IMG/VR virus record: IMGVR_UViG_3300047462_000154
Span: 32,001-96,000 of that record
Strand: one strand, 5' to 3'
DNA: 64,000 bases
Source: a virus
Shown: piece by piece, positions 17,988 through 26,884 of the stretch
Numbering within the stretch: position 1 is the first letter of the stretch
How the letters are laid out: each line of letters starts with the position of its first letter
Program-made: the position numbers and the translations under genes
Notes under the pieces: model-generated
Databases searched by the model: none
What the model was told of the DNA's origin: nothing
The model's input: the letters and a program-made list of their open reading frames with translations, nothing else

Positions 17988-19918
17988 AGAAAATCGTTTT
18001 GTGGGAATCAAGTGAATTAGAGCAAGCTGAAGTTGTTTTGGCTGCAAAATCAATTTCAGAAAAACTTCAAAGTATGGCTGAAAATGTTGCCAAAATTGAA
18101 GTTAATGATTTGATGCCATTAGGAGATACATTACGTCTCGCTTTTGGTGAACAAATGGCTGATAGTTTTAATAAAACAACATCAGAACAATTAAGACAAT
18201 TATTGCAATATGTATCAACTGCAAAAGTGCAAATTGATAATCAAATTCTTCGTTTTGAAAATATCGTAAATGGTAATCCAGATGCAGGCAATGATATGGC
18301 AATGAATACTGGTGTTGATGCCAATGCTCCACCTAATGATATGCAAGACGGCGTTGATGTAAATGAACCAAAAGATAGCGCACCAGAACAAGGTTCTGAT
18401 GATGGCATGTTTGCTCCAGAAGATAATGCTGATGGTGGTGAGCCTGAACCAGAACAGCAAGCGCCACTTCCGCCAGAAGGCAGAGCGAGAAAAGAATCAT
18501 TTGTTTATTTGGATAAAGTGATTTTGGAATCATTCAAAAGAATGTTGAAAGAAAAAGTAAATCCAACTCGTGCTGTAAAATATATTTCTGAAAGACATGG
18601 TGTAGAATTATCTGAAGTTGTTAATATTATCAAAGAAGCCAAATCTGTAAATGAAGCAGTTCATGTCAGTGGCAAAAAATCAAAAATGACAAGAAACGAA
18701 GCTTTGAAAAAAGATGATGGTTTTTATGTAGAAAAAGATGATGGAAAAATTGGTGATAATATGTGGCACGTTTTTGGTGACCAAACTGGTTTTTCATATG
18801 GGCATTTTAATTCGAAAACAGAAGCAAGAACCTTATTTGATGAATTGAAAGCGAATTTAAAAAAAAAAGTAAATGAAGTAGATAAATCAAAACAAACAAG
18901 TTTTGATTCTGATATGAATGTTTTTAGAAATAAGGGTTTAACGCCACAGCAAAGAACATATGCAATGGCATGCTTAAAAGGCGGTGATTCCCATGATGCC
19001 GCTGCAAAAAAATCATTGAAAAAATATCCAAATGCAGATAAAAAAACTAATGAATCAAACGATAGTTTAATTGCTGGAAAATCATTAGGAATGGGTAATT
19101 CAACATTTGGATTATTAAATGTTGGAGATAAATTTCATTGGAGAGATTCTGAAGAAATTTATACAAAACATTCAAAAGATTCTTACAAAGATTCAAAAGG
19201 AAAAATTTTTAAAACTGGTAACGGCGCGAGTGTTTTCAAAGAAAAAACTAATGAAAAAGATAATCATTGGATAGAAAAAGCAACTACCAAAAATCCAGGT
19301 AAGTTTGCTGCCAAAGCTAAAGCTGCTGGAGAAACAACGGCTGAATATGCTGATGAAAAAGAAAATGCAAAAGGTGTTCTTGGTAAAGAAGCAAGATTAG
19401 CAAAAACTTTAAGTAAAGAACGCAAAAAAGTTAATGAAAGTTTTGCTATTGGTGATGAAGTAAAAACTACCATGGGTGTTAAAAGAACTGGAAAAGTTAT
19501 CAAACCATTTGATTATAAAAAAGCTACTGACGGCACTTATAGAGAACCATACGCAAAAGATAAAGTTGTTTATGTTGAATGGGATGATGGAACAAAAGGG
19601 TGGTCTCATGAAATTCATCTTGAAAAAACAAAAAAAAAAGAATATGATGGTTCAACACCAATGCCCACTTTTGCCGAAAGAAAGAAAGCATTTTCTCAAG
19701 ATTTTGGATTTGTTTATAAACAATCAGAAGATGGTATATGGGGATGTTATGGACAACAAACTGGTTATTGTTATGCAACAGGTACAGAAGATGAAGCCAA
19801 ACTTGTAGCAGATAAACTTTTTGATATTAAAAAACATCCAGAAGAAAATATGGAAATGCCAGCAAATATTCAAAAAGAATCTGTTAAAAACAAACGCGGA
19901 ATTAAATTGGACAAATAA
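17984..19918 (+). CDS. Prohead core/scaffold-like polyprotein with a string of modules separated by K-x-N-E sites
   Basis: N-terminal coiled coil (EQAEVVLAAK), acidic P-rich linker, then KSVNE/KKVNE/KKTNE/EKTNE/KKVNE-delimited modules. Confidence 0.6.
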   Translation: MKKIVLWESSELEQAEVVLAAKSISEKLQSMAENVAKIEVNDLMPLGDTLRLAFGEQMADSFNKTTSEQLRQLLQYVSTAKVQIDNQILRFENIVNGNPDAGNDMAMNTGVDANAPPNDMQDGVDVNEPKDSAPEQGSDDGMFAPEDNADGGEPEPEQQAPLPPEGRARKESFVYLDKVILESFKRMLKEKVNPTRAVKYISERHGVELSEVVNIIKEAKSVNEAVHVSGKKSKMTRNEALKKDDGFYVEKDDGKIGDNMWHVFGDQTGFSYGHFNSKTEARTLFDELKANLKKKVNEVDKSKQTSFDSDMNVFRNKGLTPQQRTYAMACLKGGDSHDAAAKKSLKKYPNADKKTNESNDSLIAGKSLGMGNSTFGLLNVGDKFHWRDSEEIYTKHSKDSYKDSKGKIFKTGNGASVFKEKTNEKDNHWIEKATTKNPGKFAAKAKAAGETTAEYADEKENAKGVLGKEARLAKTLSKERKKVNESFAIGDEVKTTMGVKRTGKVIKPFDYKKATDGTYREPYAKDKVVYVEWDDGTKGWSHEIHLEKTKKKEYDGSTPMPTFAERKKAFSQDFGFVYKQSEDGIWGCYGQQTGYCYATGTEDEAKLVADKLFDIKKHPEENMEMPANIQKESVKNKRGIKLDK

Positions 19919-19919
19919 A

Positions 19920-20261
19920 ATGCTACTTTTTGAATTGTTTTCAGACAATGATTTAACAACAAATTTAAAACAAGCAGCGTTGGATTATCTAACGCCGCTT
20001 GTTGCTCATAATGTTCCTTATGTAACTATTCAAAGTATGGTTGATGAATTGCGTAAATTGAATTCTGGTTTGACAATTGATAGAGCATTTATAATGAATT
20101 TATTAAATGACGTTCAAGTTGTTTCACAAATTCAAGGGGATAGAATTTATATTTCTAAACCAGATAATGAAAAAGATGAAGATGAAAAAGAAGGCGAAGA
20201 TAATATTCAAAGAGTTAAAGACGCTGCTATAAAACAAGCCAAAGAAAACATTAAAAAATAA
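19920..20261 (+). CDS. Hypothetical protein with MLLFELF leader (start reassigned from 19821)
   Basis: ATG 1 nt after the upstream stop; 113 aa. Confidence 0.7.
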   Translation: MLLFELFSDNDLTTNLKQAALDYLTPLVAHNVPYVTIQSMVDELRKLNSGLTIDRAFIMNLLNDVQVVSQIQGDRIYISKPDNEKDEDEKEGEDNIQRVKDAAIKQAKENIKK

Positions 20262-20262
20262 T

Positions 20263-20350
20263 TTATAAAAATAATTTAAATAAAGCAGCATCTCCCTTAT
20301 TTCTAAAACGTAGAGAATTATATCCAGCAAATCCCCATTCATCTTTTGGT
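20263..20350 (-). pseudogene. C-terminal remnant of a ..DAALFKL family gene
   Basis: PKDEWGFAGYNSLRFRNKGDAALFKLFL*; tail motif as in 863-1135. Confidence 0.45.
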
Positions 20351-20487
20351 TCGGGCACGGCAGAAGGGACCGCGAAAAGGGAGAAGCAGCAAGACGAAGA
20401 GAGAAGGAGGAAAGCACGGCAAACGGACGGGGGAGCAGGAAGGGCAAAAACGAGCGAAATGACGGAAGAGGAAGAAGCGAACAAAAC

Positions 20488-20589
20488 ACAAAACAACGAT
20501 GCAATGAGTGTGGAGTAATTAAGAAACTCAAATTATCTGAAAGAATATATTGTTGTGATGATTGTGGATTTGTTATAGATATCAAATGA
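20488..20589 (+). mobile_element. IS200/IS605 TnpB C-terminal zinc-ribbon remnant
   Basis: TKQRCNECGVIKKLKLSERIYCCDDCGFVID matches TnpB S/TxxCxxCG..LxLSERxYxCxxCGxxxDRD, cut before RD-NA. No start codon in frame. Confidence 0.7.
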
Positions 20590-20602
20590 AGGAAATTTCA
20601 AA

Positions 20603-21295
20603 TTGAGACACTACCTAATTAATAGAAAATTTCAATATAAAGAACTATCTCGTATAACTCAACCATCTGGAATCAGACATTATATGTGTCCAGATACAAA
20701 TACTCTTTTACCATCAGTAACTACCGTTTTAGATTCTACAATGGACAAAAGCGGAATTCTTGAATGGAAAGAATTTGTTGGTGAAAAAAAAGCCAATCTT
20801 GTTAAAAAAGAAGCTACAGATTTAGGTTCACTTGTTCATGAACATATTGAAAAACATGTTATGAATATTGAAAGACCATCTGGAAATAATATTATCAGAA
20901 TTCAATCCAAAAAAATGGCTGACCAAATCATTTTAAACGGTTTACAGCACGTTAATGAAGTTTGGGGACAAGAGGTTGGATTATATTATCCAGGGCTGTA
21001 TGCTGGCACTACAGACCTTGTAGGTGTGTATAAAGGCAAAGAAGCCATCATGGACCATAAAACAGCCAAGAAAATTCGTTCACCTGATATGATACAAGCA
21101 TATTATTTTCAAATTGCTGCTTATGCTATGGCACATAATCATCTTTTTAATACAAATATTAAAACGGGTGTAATTTTTATGGTTGATAGAGATTTCAATT
21201 ATAAAGATTTTTATATTGATGAATATGAAATGGAAAAAAACCAAGAATTGTTTTTACAAAAAGTAGAAGAATACGCAAACAAGATAGCAGCATAA
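20603..21295 (+). CDS. PD-(D/E)XK exonuclease (RecB/Cas4-like)
   Basis: PSVTTVL, GSLVH, E, YAGTTD, IMDHKT and QIAAY motifs. Confidence 0.85.
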   Translation: MRHYLINRKFQYKELSRITQPSGIRHYMCPDTNTLLPSVTTVLDSTMDKSGILEWKEFVGEKKANLVKKEATDLGSLVHEHIEKHVMNIERPSGNNIIRIQSKKMADQIILNGLQHVNEVWGQEVGLYYPGLYAGTTDLVGVYKGKEAIMDHKTAKKIRSPDMIQAYYFQIAAYAMAHNHLFNTNIKTGVIFMVDRDFNYKDFYIDEYEMEKNQELFLQKVEEYANKIAA

Positions 21296-21324
21296 ATAAT
21301 AGAAATACTTTTTGGAATAATAAT

Positions 21325-22449
21325 TTGTCAGGCTCCATTTCAACACCAGTAATCGAAGTTAGCAAAATACAATTAAGACGCGGATTGTCTAATGACCTTC
21401 CTGGTGCGCCAACTATTGGAAATCCATCATTACCAACAACACCATTAGATGTTGGTGAATTAGCATTTACAACTGATACGGGTCAAGTGTTTATTGGACC
21501 AGAATTACAAAATAATGGCGGGTCTACATTCAATAGATCATTTTTCCCATATCAAAATATTGAAGTTTTAACAGAAAACAGCAGAACATTTCTCAATAGT
21601 CTTTTTGATTATTACTATCGAGACGTTCAAACTGGATTTTATGCAACCACTCCTTTAAACAATACAACGAACACAAATACATGGCAGACGGTTTTAGTAA
21701 ATGCTGCTTCTGGTGAAGTGCCATGTATTGTAAGTGCAACATCTAATTTGGCATGTGCTCAATTAACTTATTATTTGTATGATACCAACACGACTGTAAG
21801 AACTGGAAAAATATCAATTGTTTATATTGGTGGTTCTCAACAACCAATATTAGAAGATGATTATACTGTTTATCCAAGAACAGATTTATCGACACAAAAT
21901 GCCATGAATCCAGATATGTTATATGGAAGTTTGCAATTCAGAGCCGTACCTATATCAAACGGTAGTGGTCAAAATGTTGTTTTAGAATATCAAAATCTTG
22001 GTGCAACAACACCAATCATGTTTTTTAAAATTGATAGGGGTGCTGCTTTTCAAGGAAACACAATTACAAATTCAAATTCAGAATCATCAAATAATTCTGG
22101 AAATGTTATTTTAACATTCCAAATTGGAAACACACCAGTATTGGTAGATACTTGGGGAACATCAACGGTTACTGGTGGAGTTTGCCAATATTTTGTTATT
22201 GCAACTACAAATTCTGGAACTGGCACTGGTTCACAAGTTAGTCAATTGGTTGTTGGCACTGATGGCGTTTCTGGTAATTTTACAGATGATGCTATGTATT
22301 TTTCTCCTGGTTCTATGGCTCCAAATGTTTTAAATTATCAAGTTTCTGTAACTTCTGGTGTTGTTTCGGTTTTAGCAAATACAATAGAAACTGGTGCGGT
22401 TGCAACGGTAACATTGATTAAATTTCCTCTATATTTGGTTCAGAGTTAA
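21325..22449 (+). CDS. Virion/tail protein with IQLRRG...GELAFTTDT N-terminal domain
   Basis: Mtd_N/hyaluronidase-N-like motif; ATAAATA at 21292-21298. Confidence 0.7.
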   Translation: MSGSISTPVIEVSKIQLRRGLSNDLPGAPTIGNPSLPTTPLDVGELAFTTDTGQVFIGPELQNNGGSTFNRSFFPYQNIEVLTENSRTFLNSLFDYYYRDVQTGFYATTPLNNTTNTNTWQTVLVNAASGEVPCIVSATSNLACAQLTYYLYDTNTTVRTGKISIVYIGGSQQPILEDDYTVYPRTDLSTQNAMNPDMLYGSLQFRAVPISNGSGQNVVLEYQNLGATTPIMFFKIDRGAAFQGNTITNSNSESSNNSGNVILTFQIGNTPVLVDTWGTSTVTGGVCQYFVIATTNSGTGTGSQVSQLVVGTDGVSGNFTDDAMYFSPGSMAPNVLNYQVSVTSGVVSVLANTIETGAVATVTLIKFPLYLVQS

Positions 22450-22452
22450 AAT

Positions 22453-22902
22453 GTGAATAATCCGTTTTTGATGAGTCCTTCAGAAAGACTTACTGATTGG
22501 AAAAAATTCAGAAATGCAATCATAGATTTTTCTGAAATGGAAAAATTCGATGCTGTTGTAAAATATTTTTCACAAGCGCCATTAAAAAATATTGCATATG
22601 ATATTGAAGATATTGAAAATATTCCAACACCTTGGGAAATGATTCATGATGGCGAATGGTGTAGAAATTCTATAGCTATTGGTATGGAATTTACTTTAAG
22701 ATTGGTTGGTATTGAAGCATCAAGACTGCAATTAAAAATGATTTTAGACCCAACGATTTCCGATATGATGTTGACCGTTGTTGTAGATGAAAAATATATT
22801 TTAAATTATGATTGGGGTAATGTTTTTGATAAAAAATTGTCAAAAGATGCAAGAATAATAAAGAAAATTGTTTTTAAGAAAGACAAATATAAAGTTATTT
22901 AA
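22453..22902 (+). CDS. Hypothetical phage protein
   Basis: 149 aa; PTPWEMI motif. Confidence 0.7.
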   Translation: MNNPFLMSPSERLTDWKKFRNAIIDFSEMEKFDAVVKYFSQAPLKNIAYDIEDIENIPTPWEMIHDGEWCRNSIAIGMEFTLRLVGIEASRLQLKMILDPTISDMMLTVVVDEKYILNYDWGNVFDKKLSKDARIIKKIVFKKDKYKVI

Positions 22903-23060
22903 AACGTAATTTATTCTCTAAAAAAGTTCATTAAAGAGAGATATTTTAATTTTTTTTGTTATTTAAATATTCTTTCAATCGATAAAATGAATTTGCTTTT
23001 TTTGATATTAAATGTCATAAAATATAATTCAAAATAAAAATAATAAGGGATAATAAAATC

Positions 23061-25397
23061 GTGGTATCATCGAAAAATATTTTTGTCATTAAAAGAAATG
23101 GTAAAAAAGAATTATTAAATTTAGATAAATGGCAAAAACAAATAGCAAAAATTTGTAAAGGTATTTCAGATGTTTCCCAAAGTATGATTGAAATAAAAAC
23201 ATCTCCAAATTTTTATGATGGTATTACAACAAGAGAAATAGATTCAATAACATTAAGAGCAATAGTTGATTTAATTGATGTTGAATCTAATCCAGAAGTA
23301 GGACATGTAAATTATCAATATGTTGCAGGAAAACAACGTCTTTCAATGTTAAGAAAAGATATATATGGTCAATATGAAGTTCCAAAATTATATGAAATAG
23401 TTAAAAAAAATATTGCAGAAAATCGATATACTTCTGAATTATTTGATTGGTATACAGAAGAAGAATGGAATAAAATGGAAACTTTTATTGACCATTCAAA
23501 AGATGAATTATATTCATACGCGGCTATTGAACAATTAATTGAAAAATATTTGATACGCAATCGTTCAACAAAAGAAATTTATGAAACACCACAAATTAGA
23601 TATATAATTGCTGCTGCTACTGCATTTCATAAAGAAGACCCGAAAATTCGTATGAAATTAGTAAAAGATTATTATAATTGCGCAAGTGACGGATTATTTA
23701 CATTAGCAACTCCTGTATTGGCTGGATTAGGAACACCAACAAAACAATTTAGTTCGTGTGTTTTAATTCGCACAAATGACAGTTTAGATTCGATTTTTGC
23801 ATCAGGCGAAATGATGGCAAAATATGCTGCTAAACGTGCTGGTATTGGATTTGAATTTGGCAGACTTCGTTCATTAGGAAGTCCCATTAGAAATGGAGAA
23901 ATTGTTCATACTGGTATGATACCATTTTTAAAAAAATGGTTTGGTGACCTTCGTAGCTGTTCGCAAGGTGGTTTAAGAAATTCAAGTGCTACATTTACAT
24001 ACCCAATATGGCATTATCAATTTGATGACCTTATTGTATTAAAAAACAATCAAGGAACAGAATCAACCAGAATACGCGGTTTAGATTATTGTGTTGTTTT
24101 GAATTCATTTTTTTGGAAAAGATTTAAAAACAAAGAAAATATTACTTTGTTTGACCCAGATGAATTGCCTGATTTATATGAAGCATTTTATTCAGATACA
24201 AAACTTTTCGAAGAACTTTACTTAAAATACGAAAAAGATAATTCGTTAAGAAAAAAAGTTATATCTGCTGAAGAAATTTTTAAAAATGGAATATTAAAGG
24301 AACGAACTGATACAGGAAGAATTTATCTCATGTATACTGATAATGTTCAAAAACATGTTCCATTTGATACAAAAACCCATCCAATTTATCAAAGTAATTT
24401 ATGTCAAGAAATTTTACTTAGCACAAAACCGTTTGAACGAATTGATGATGATAAAGGTAGAATTGCTTTATGTACTCTTGGAAGTATCAATTGGGGTGCT
24501 TTTAGAAATCCAGAAGATATGAAAAGAGCATGCCATCTATTAGTTAGAAGTTTAACCAATCTATTAGAATATCAAGATTTTCTTTCCATTCAAAGCAAGT
24601 TAGCAAATGAAGAATTTATGCCACTTGGTGTGGGTGTTACTAACCTTGCATATTGGCATGCAAAACGCAATTTAAAATATGGCGAAAGCGAATCGTTATC
24701 TGAAGTTAAATCTTGGATAGAACATCAAACTTATTATCTAACAGAAGCAACAGTTGAATTAGCCAAAGAAAGAGGCGCGTGTAAATTAAGTCATACAACA
24801 AAATATGGTAAGGGTATTTTTCCTTGGGAAGAACGTTCTAAAGGCGTTAATGAATTAACTGATTTTACACCAGATATTAATTTGGATTGGGAACTTTTGC
24901 GAACTAATATGATAAAATATGGCGTTAGAAATGCAACAGTTCAAGCAATTGCGCCAGTAGAATCAAGTTCAGTTGTTATTAATTCAACAAATGGCATTGA
25001 ATTGCCAATGCAGTTGATATCCGTTAAGGAATCAAAAGCAGCATCATTAGTTCAAGTGGTTCCCGAATATACCAGACTTAAATCAAAATATCAATTGATG
25101 TGGGACCAAAAAGATTGCGTCAACTATCTTAAAACCGCTGCTGTATTAGCGGCATATGTAGATCAATCTATCAGCACAAACACTTTTTATAATCCAGCAC
25201 ATTTTGCAGACAAACATGTACCAACAACATTAATTGCTAAAAATTTGATGTTAGCACATAAATGGGGTATTCGAACAATTTATTATTCTTTAATTAATAA
25301 AACTGGTTCAAAAGAAGATAGCGAAGTTATTGAAGATTTGAAAATTGAGATGATTGATGAAGAAACCTCGTCTGATTGCGAATCTTGCAAATTATAA
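23061..25397 (+). CDS. nrdA: Ribonucleotide reductase class Ia alpha subunit
   Basis: ATP-cone start VIKRNG; QFSSCVL; SQGGLR; SNLCQEI; CTLG; TIYY; C-terminal CESC. Confidence 0.97.
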   Translation: MVSSKNIFVIKRNGKKELLNLDKWQKQIAKICKGISDVSQSMIEIKTSPNFYDGITTREIDSITLRAIVDLIDVESNPEVGHVNYQYVAGKQRLSMLRKDIYGQYEVPKLYEIVKKNIAENRYTSELFDWYTEEEWNKMETFIDHSKDELYSYAAIEQLIEKYLIRNRSTKEIYETPQIRYIIAAATAFHKEDPKIRMKLVKDYYNCASDGLFTLATPVLAGLGTPTKQFSSCVLIRTNDSLDSIFASGEMMAKYAAKRAGIGFEFGRLRSLGSPIRNGEIVHTGMIPFLKKWFGDLRSCSQGGLRNSSATFTYPIWHYQFDDLIVLKNNQGTESTRIRGLDYCVVLNSFFWKRFKNKENITLFDPDELPDLYEAFYSDTKLFEELYLKYEKDNSLRKKVISAEEIFKNGILKERTDTGRIYLMYTDNVQKHVPFDTKTHPIYQSNLCQEILLSTKPFERIDDDKGRIALCTLGSINWGAFRNPEDMKRACHLLVRSLTNLLEYQDFLSIQSKLANEEFMPLGVGVTNLAYWHAKRNLKYGESESLSEVKSWIEHQTYYLTEATVELAKERGACKLSHTTKYGKGIFPWEERSKGVNELTDFTPDINLDWELLRTNMIKYGVRNATVQAIAPVESSSVVINSTNGIELPMQLISVKESKAASLVQVVPEYTRLKSKYQLMWDQKDCVNYLKTAAVLAAYVDQSISTNTFYNPAHFADKHVPTTLIAKNLMLAHKWGIRTIYYSLINKTGSKEDSEVIEDLKIEMIDEETSSDCESCKL

Positions 25398-25411
25398 AAG
25401 GATTAAATAAA

Positions 25412-26515
25412 ATGAGTATAGAACAATATGATTTAAAGAAAAAAACAAATTATTTAACAAGAAAAATGTTTTTGGACCCAGAAGGTCCAGTTAGCATTCA
25501 ACGTTTTGAAGAACTGAAATATGATAAAATTGGTTTATTTGAAGAACGTGCCAGAGGTTTTTTTTGGGTTCCAGAAGAAATTGATTTAACAAAAGATGCA
25601 TCTGATTTTAAAGATGCCAGTGAAGCCATGAAACATATTTTTACCAGCAACCTACTTCGTCAGACTGCACTTGATTCAATTCAGGGTAGAGCACCCAATC
25701 AAGTATTTTCACCAGTTATTTCAATACCAGAATTAGAAGCATTGGTTTCAAATTGGTCATTTTTTGAAACAAATATTCATTCAAAAAGTTATAGCCATAT
25801 GATTAGGAATATTTACAATGTTCCAAAAGATGAATTTAATAAAATTCATGATACTACCGAAATTATTGATATGGCATCTAATATTGGAAATTATTATAAT
25901 GATTTGCATATATTAAATTGCAAAAAAGAATTAGGAGAAGAAGTATCAGAATATGAACACATTAAATCAATTTGGTTAGCATTAAATGCTTCTTATGGAT
26001 TAGAAGCATTTAGATTTATGGTTAGTTTTGCTACATCTTTGGCGATGGTAGAAAATAAAATTTTTATGGGTAATGGAAACATTATCAGCTTAATTCTTCA
26101 AGATGAATTATTGCATAAAGAATGGACTGCTTGGATAATTAAACAAGTTGTAAAAGAAGACCAAAGATTCGCACAAGCTAAAAAAGATTGTGAACAAGAA
26201 GTTTACAATATGTATCTTGACGTTATTCGTGAAGAAAAAACTTGGGCTGATTTCTTATTTAAAAAGGGACCAGTAATTGGACTTTCATCAAACATAATGA
26301 AAGATTTTGTTGATTTTACTGCATTTGAAGCACTTAAAGCAATCGGTATTCAATATAAAGGTAGTGCACCTAAAACTACCCCAATTCCTTGGTTTAATAA
26401 ACACACAGACCCAAGTAAAAAACAAGTTGCTCTTCAAGAACTTGAATCTACTAATTATGTGATTGGTTTAATGAATGGCGAAATTTTATATAACGATTTA
26501 CCTGAGTTATTATAA
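25412..26515 (+). CDS. nrdB: Ribonucleotide reductase class Ia beta subunit (start reassigned from 25376)
   Basis: FFWVPEE, ALDSIQ, ETNIHSKSY (radical Tyr), LEAFRF and DELLH motifs. Confidence 0.97.
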   Translation: MSIEQYDLKKKTNYLTRKMFLDPEGPVSIQRFEELKYDKIGLFEERARGFFWVPEEIDLTKDASDFKDASEAMKHIFTSNLLRQTALDSIQGRAPNQVFSPVISIPELEALVSNWSFFETNIHSKSYSHMIRNIYNVPKDEFNKIHDTTEIIDMASNIGNYYNDLHILNCKKELGEEVSEYEHIKSIWLALNASYGLEAFRFMVSFATSLAMVENKIFMGNGNIISLILQDELLHKEWTAWIIKQVVKEDQRFAQAKKDCEQEVYNMYLDVIREEKTWADFLFKKGPVIGLSSNIMKDFVDFTAFEALKAIGIQYKGSAPKTTPIPWFNKHTDPSKKQVALQELESTNYVIGLMNGEILYNDLPELL

Positions 26516-26553
26516 TTTGACAACTTTGAGAAATTAATTTAAGAGAAATTCTT

Positions 26554-26799
26554 ATGAAAATTGCTCAAAAACTCGCCCAAATCATCCAAGAACAAAATCT
26601 TTCCACTACTTTTATGTGGGGTGATGGTGTTATGGTTGATTTGGGATGTGCCGTTGGTTTTGAAGGGCATCCTTTAGACGTTATGGATAAAGTATGCCGT
26701 GCTTGCAGACGTTCTCCAGAAATATTTGAGCATTTTAAAGTTCATGGTTTAGATTCTCGTGGCAGAGAACGTGTTGTCAGTGCCTATAAATTAAAATGA
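26554..26799 (+). CDS. Hypothetical protein
   Basis: 81-aa ORF; TTGACA upstream. Confidence 0.6.
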   Translation: MKIAQKLAQIIQEQNLSTTFMWGDGVMVDLGCAVGFEGHPLDVMDKVCRACRRSPEIFEHFKVHGLDSRGRERVVSAYKLK

Positions 26800-26884
26800 T
26801 TTTTGATTTTCATACTGCTTTTTATTGTATTCTTGCAATGCCATATGCCGCTATTGATTGTAATTTATTGTTTAATTTTATTGA

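Noticed and set aside
20124-20585. 153-aa minus-strand ORF as a real gene
   Set aside because: It is open mainly because the adenine-free island cannot contain stops, and it overlaps a real plus-strand gene.
20603-21295. Cas4 as part of a CRISPR system
   Set aside because: No Fe-S cysteine cluster, cas genes or array nearby; fits a stand-alone phage exonuclease.
22903-23060. tRNA/ncRNA or origin in AT-rich gaps
   Set aside because: No cloverleaf, T-loop motif, iterons or stable structure visible; no tRNA recognised anywhere in the window.
23061-26515. Inteins or introns in nrdA/nrdB
   Set aside because: Both ORFs are continuous and of normal length, with no Hint or homing-endonuclease motifs.
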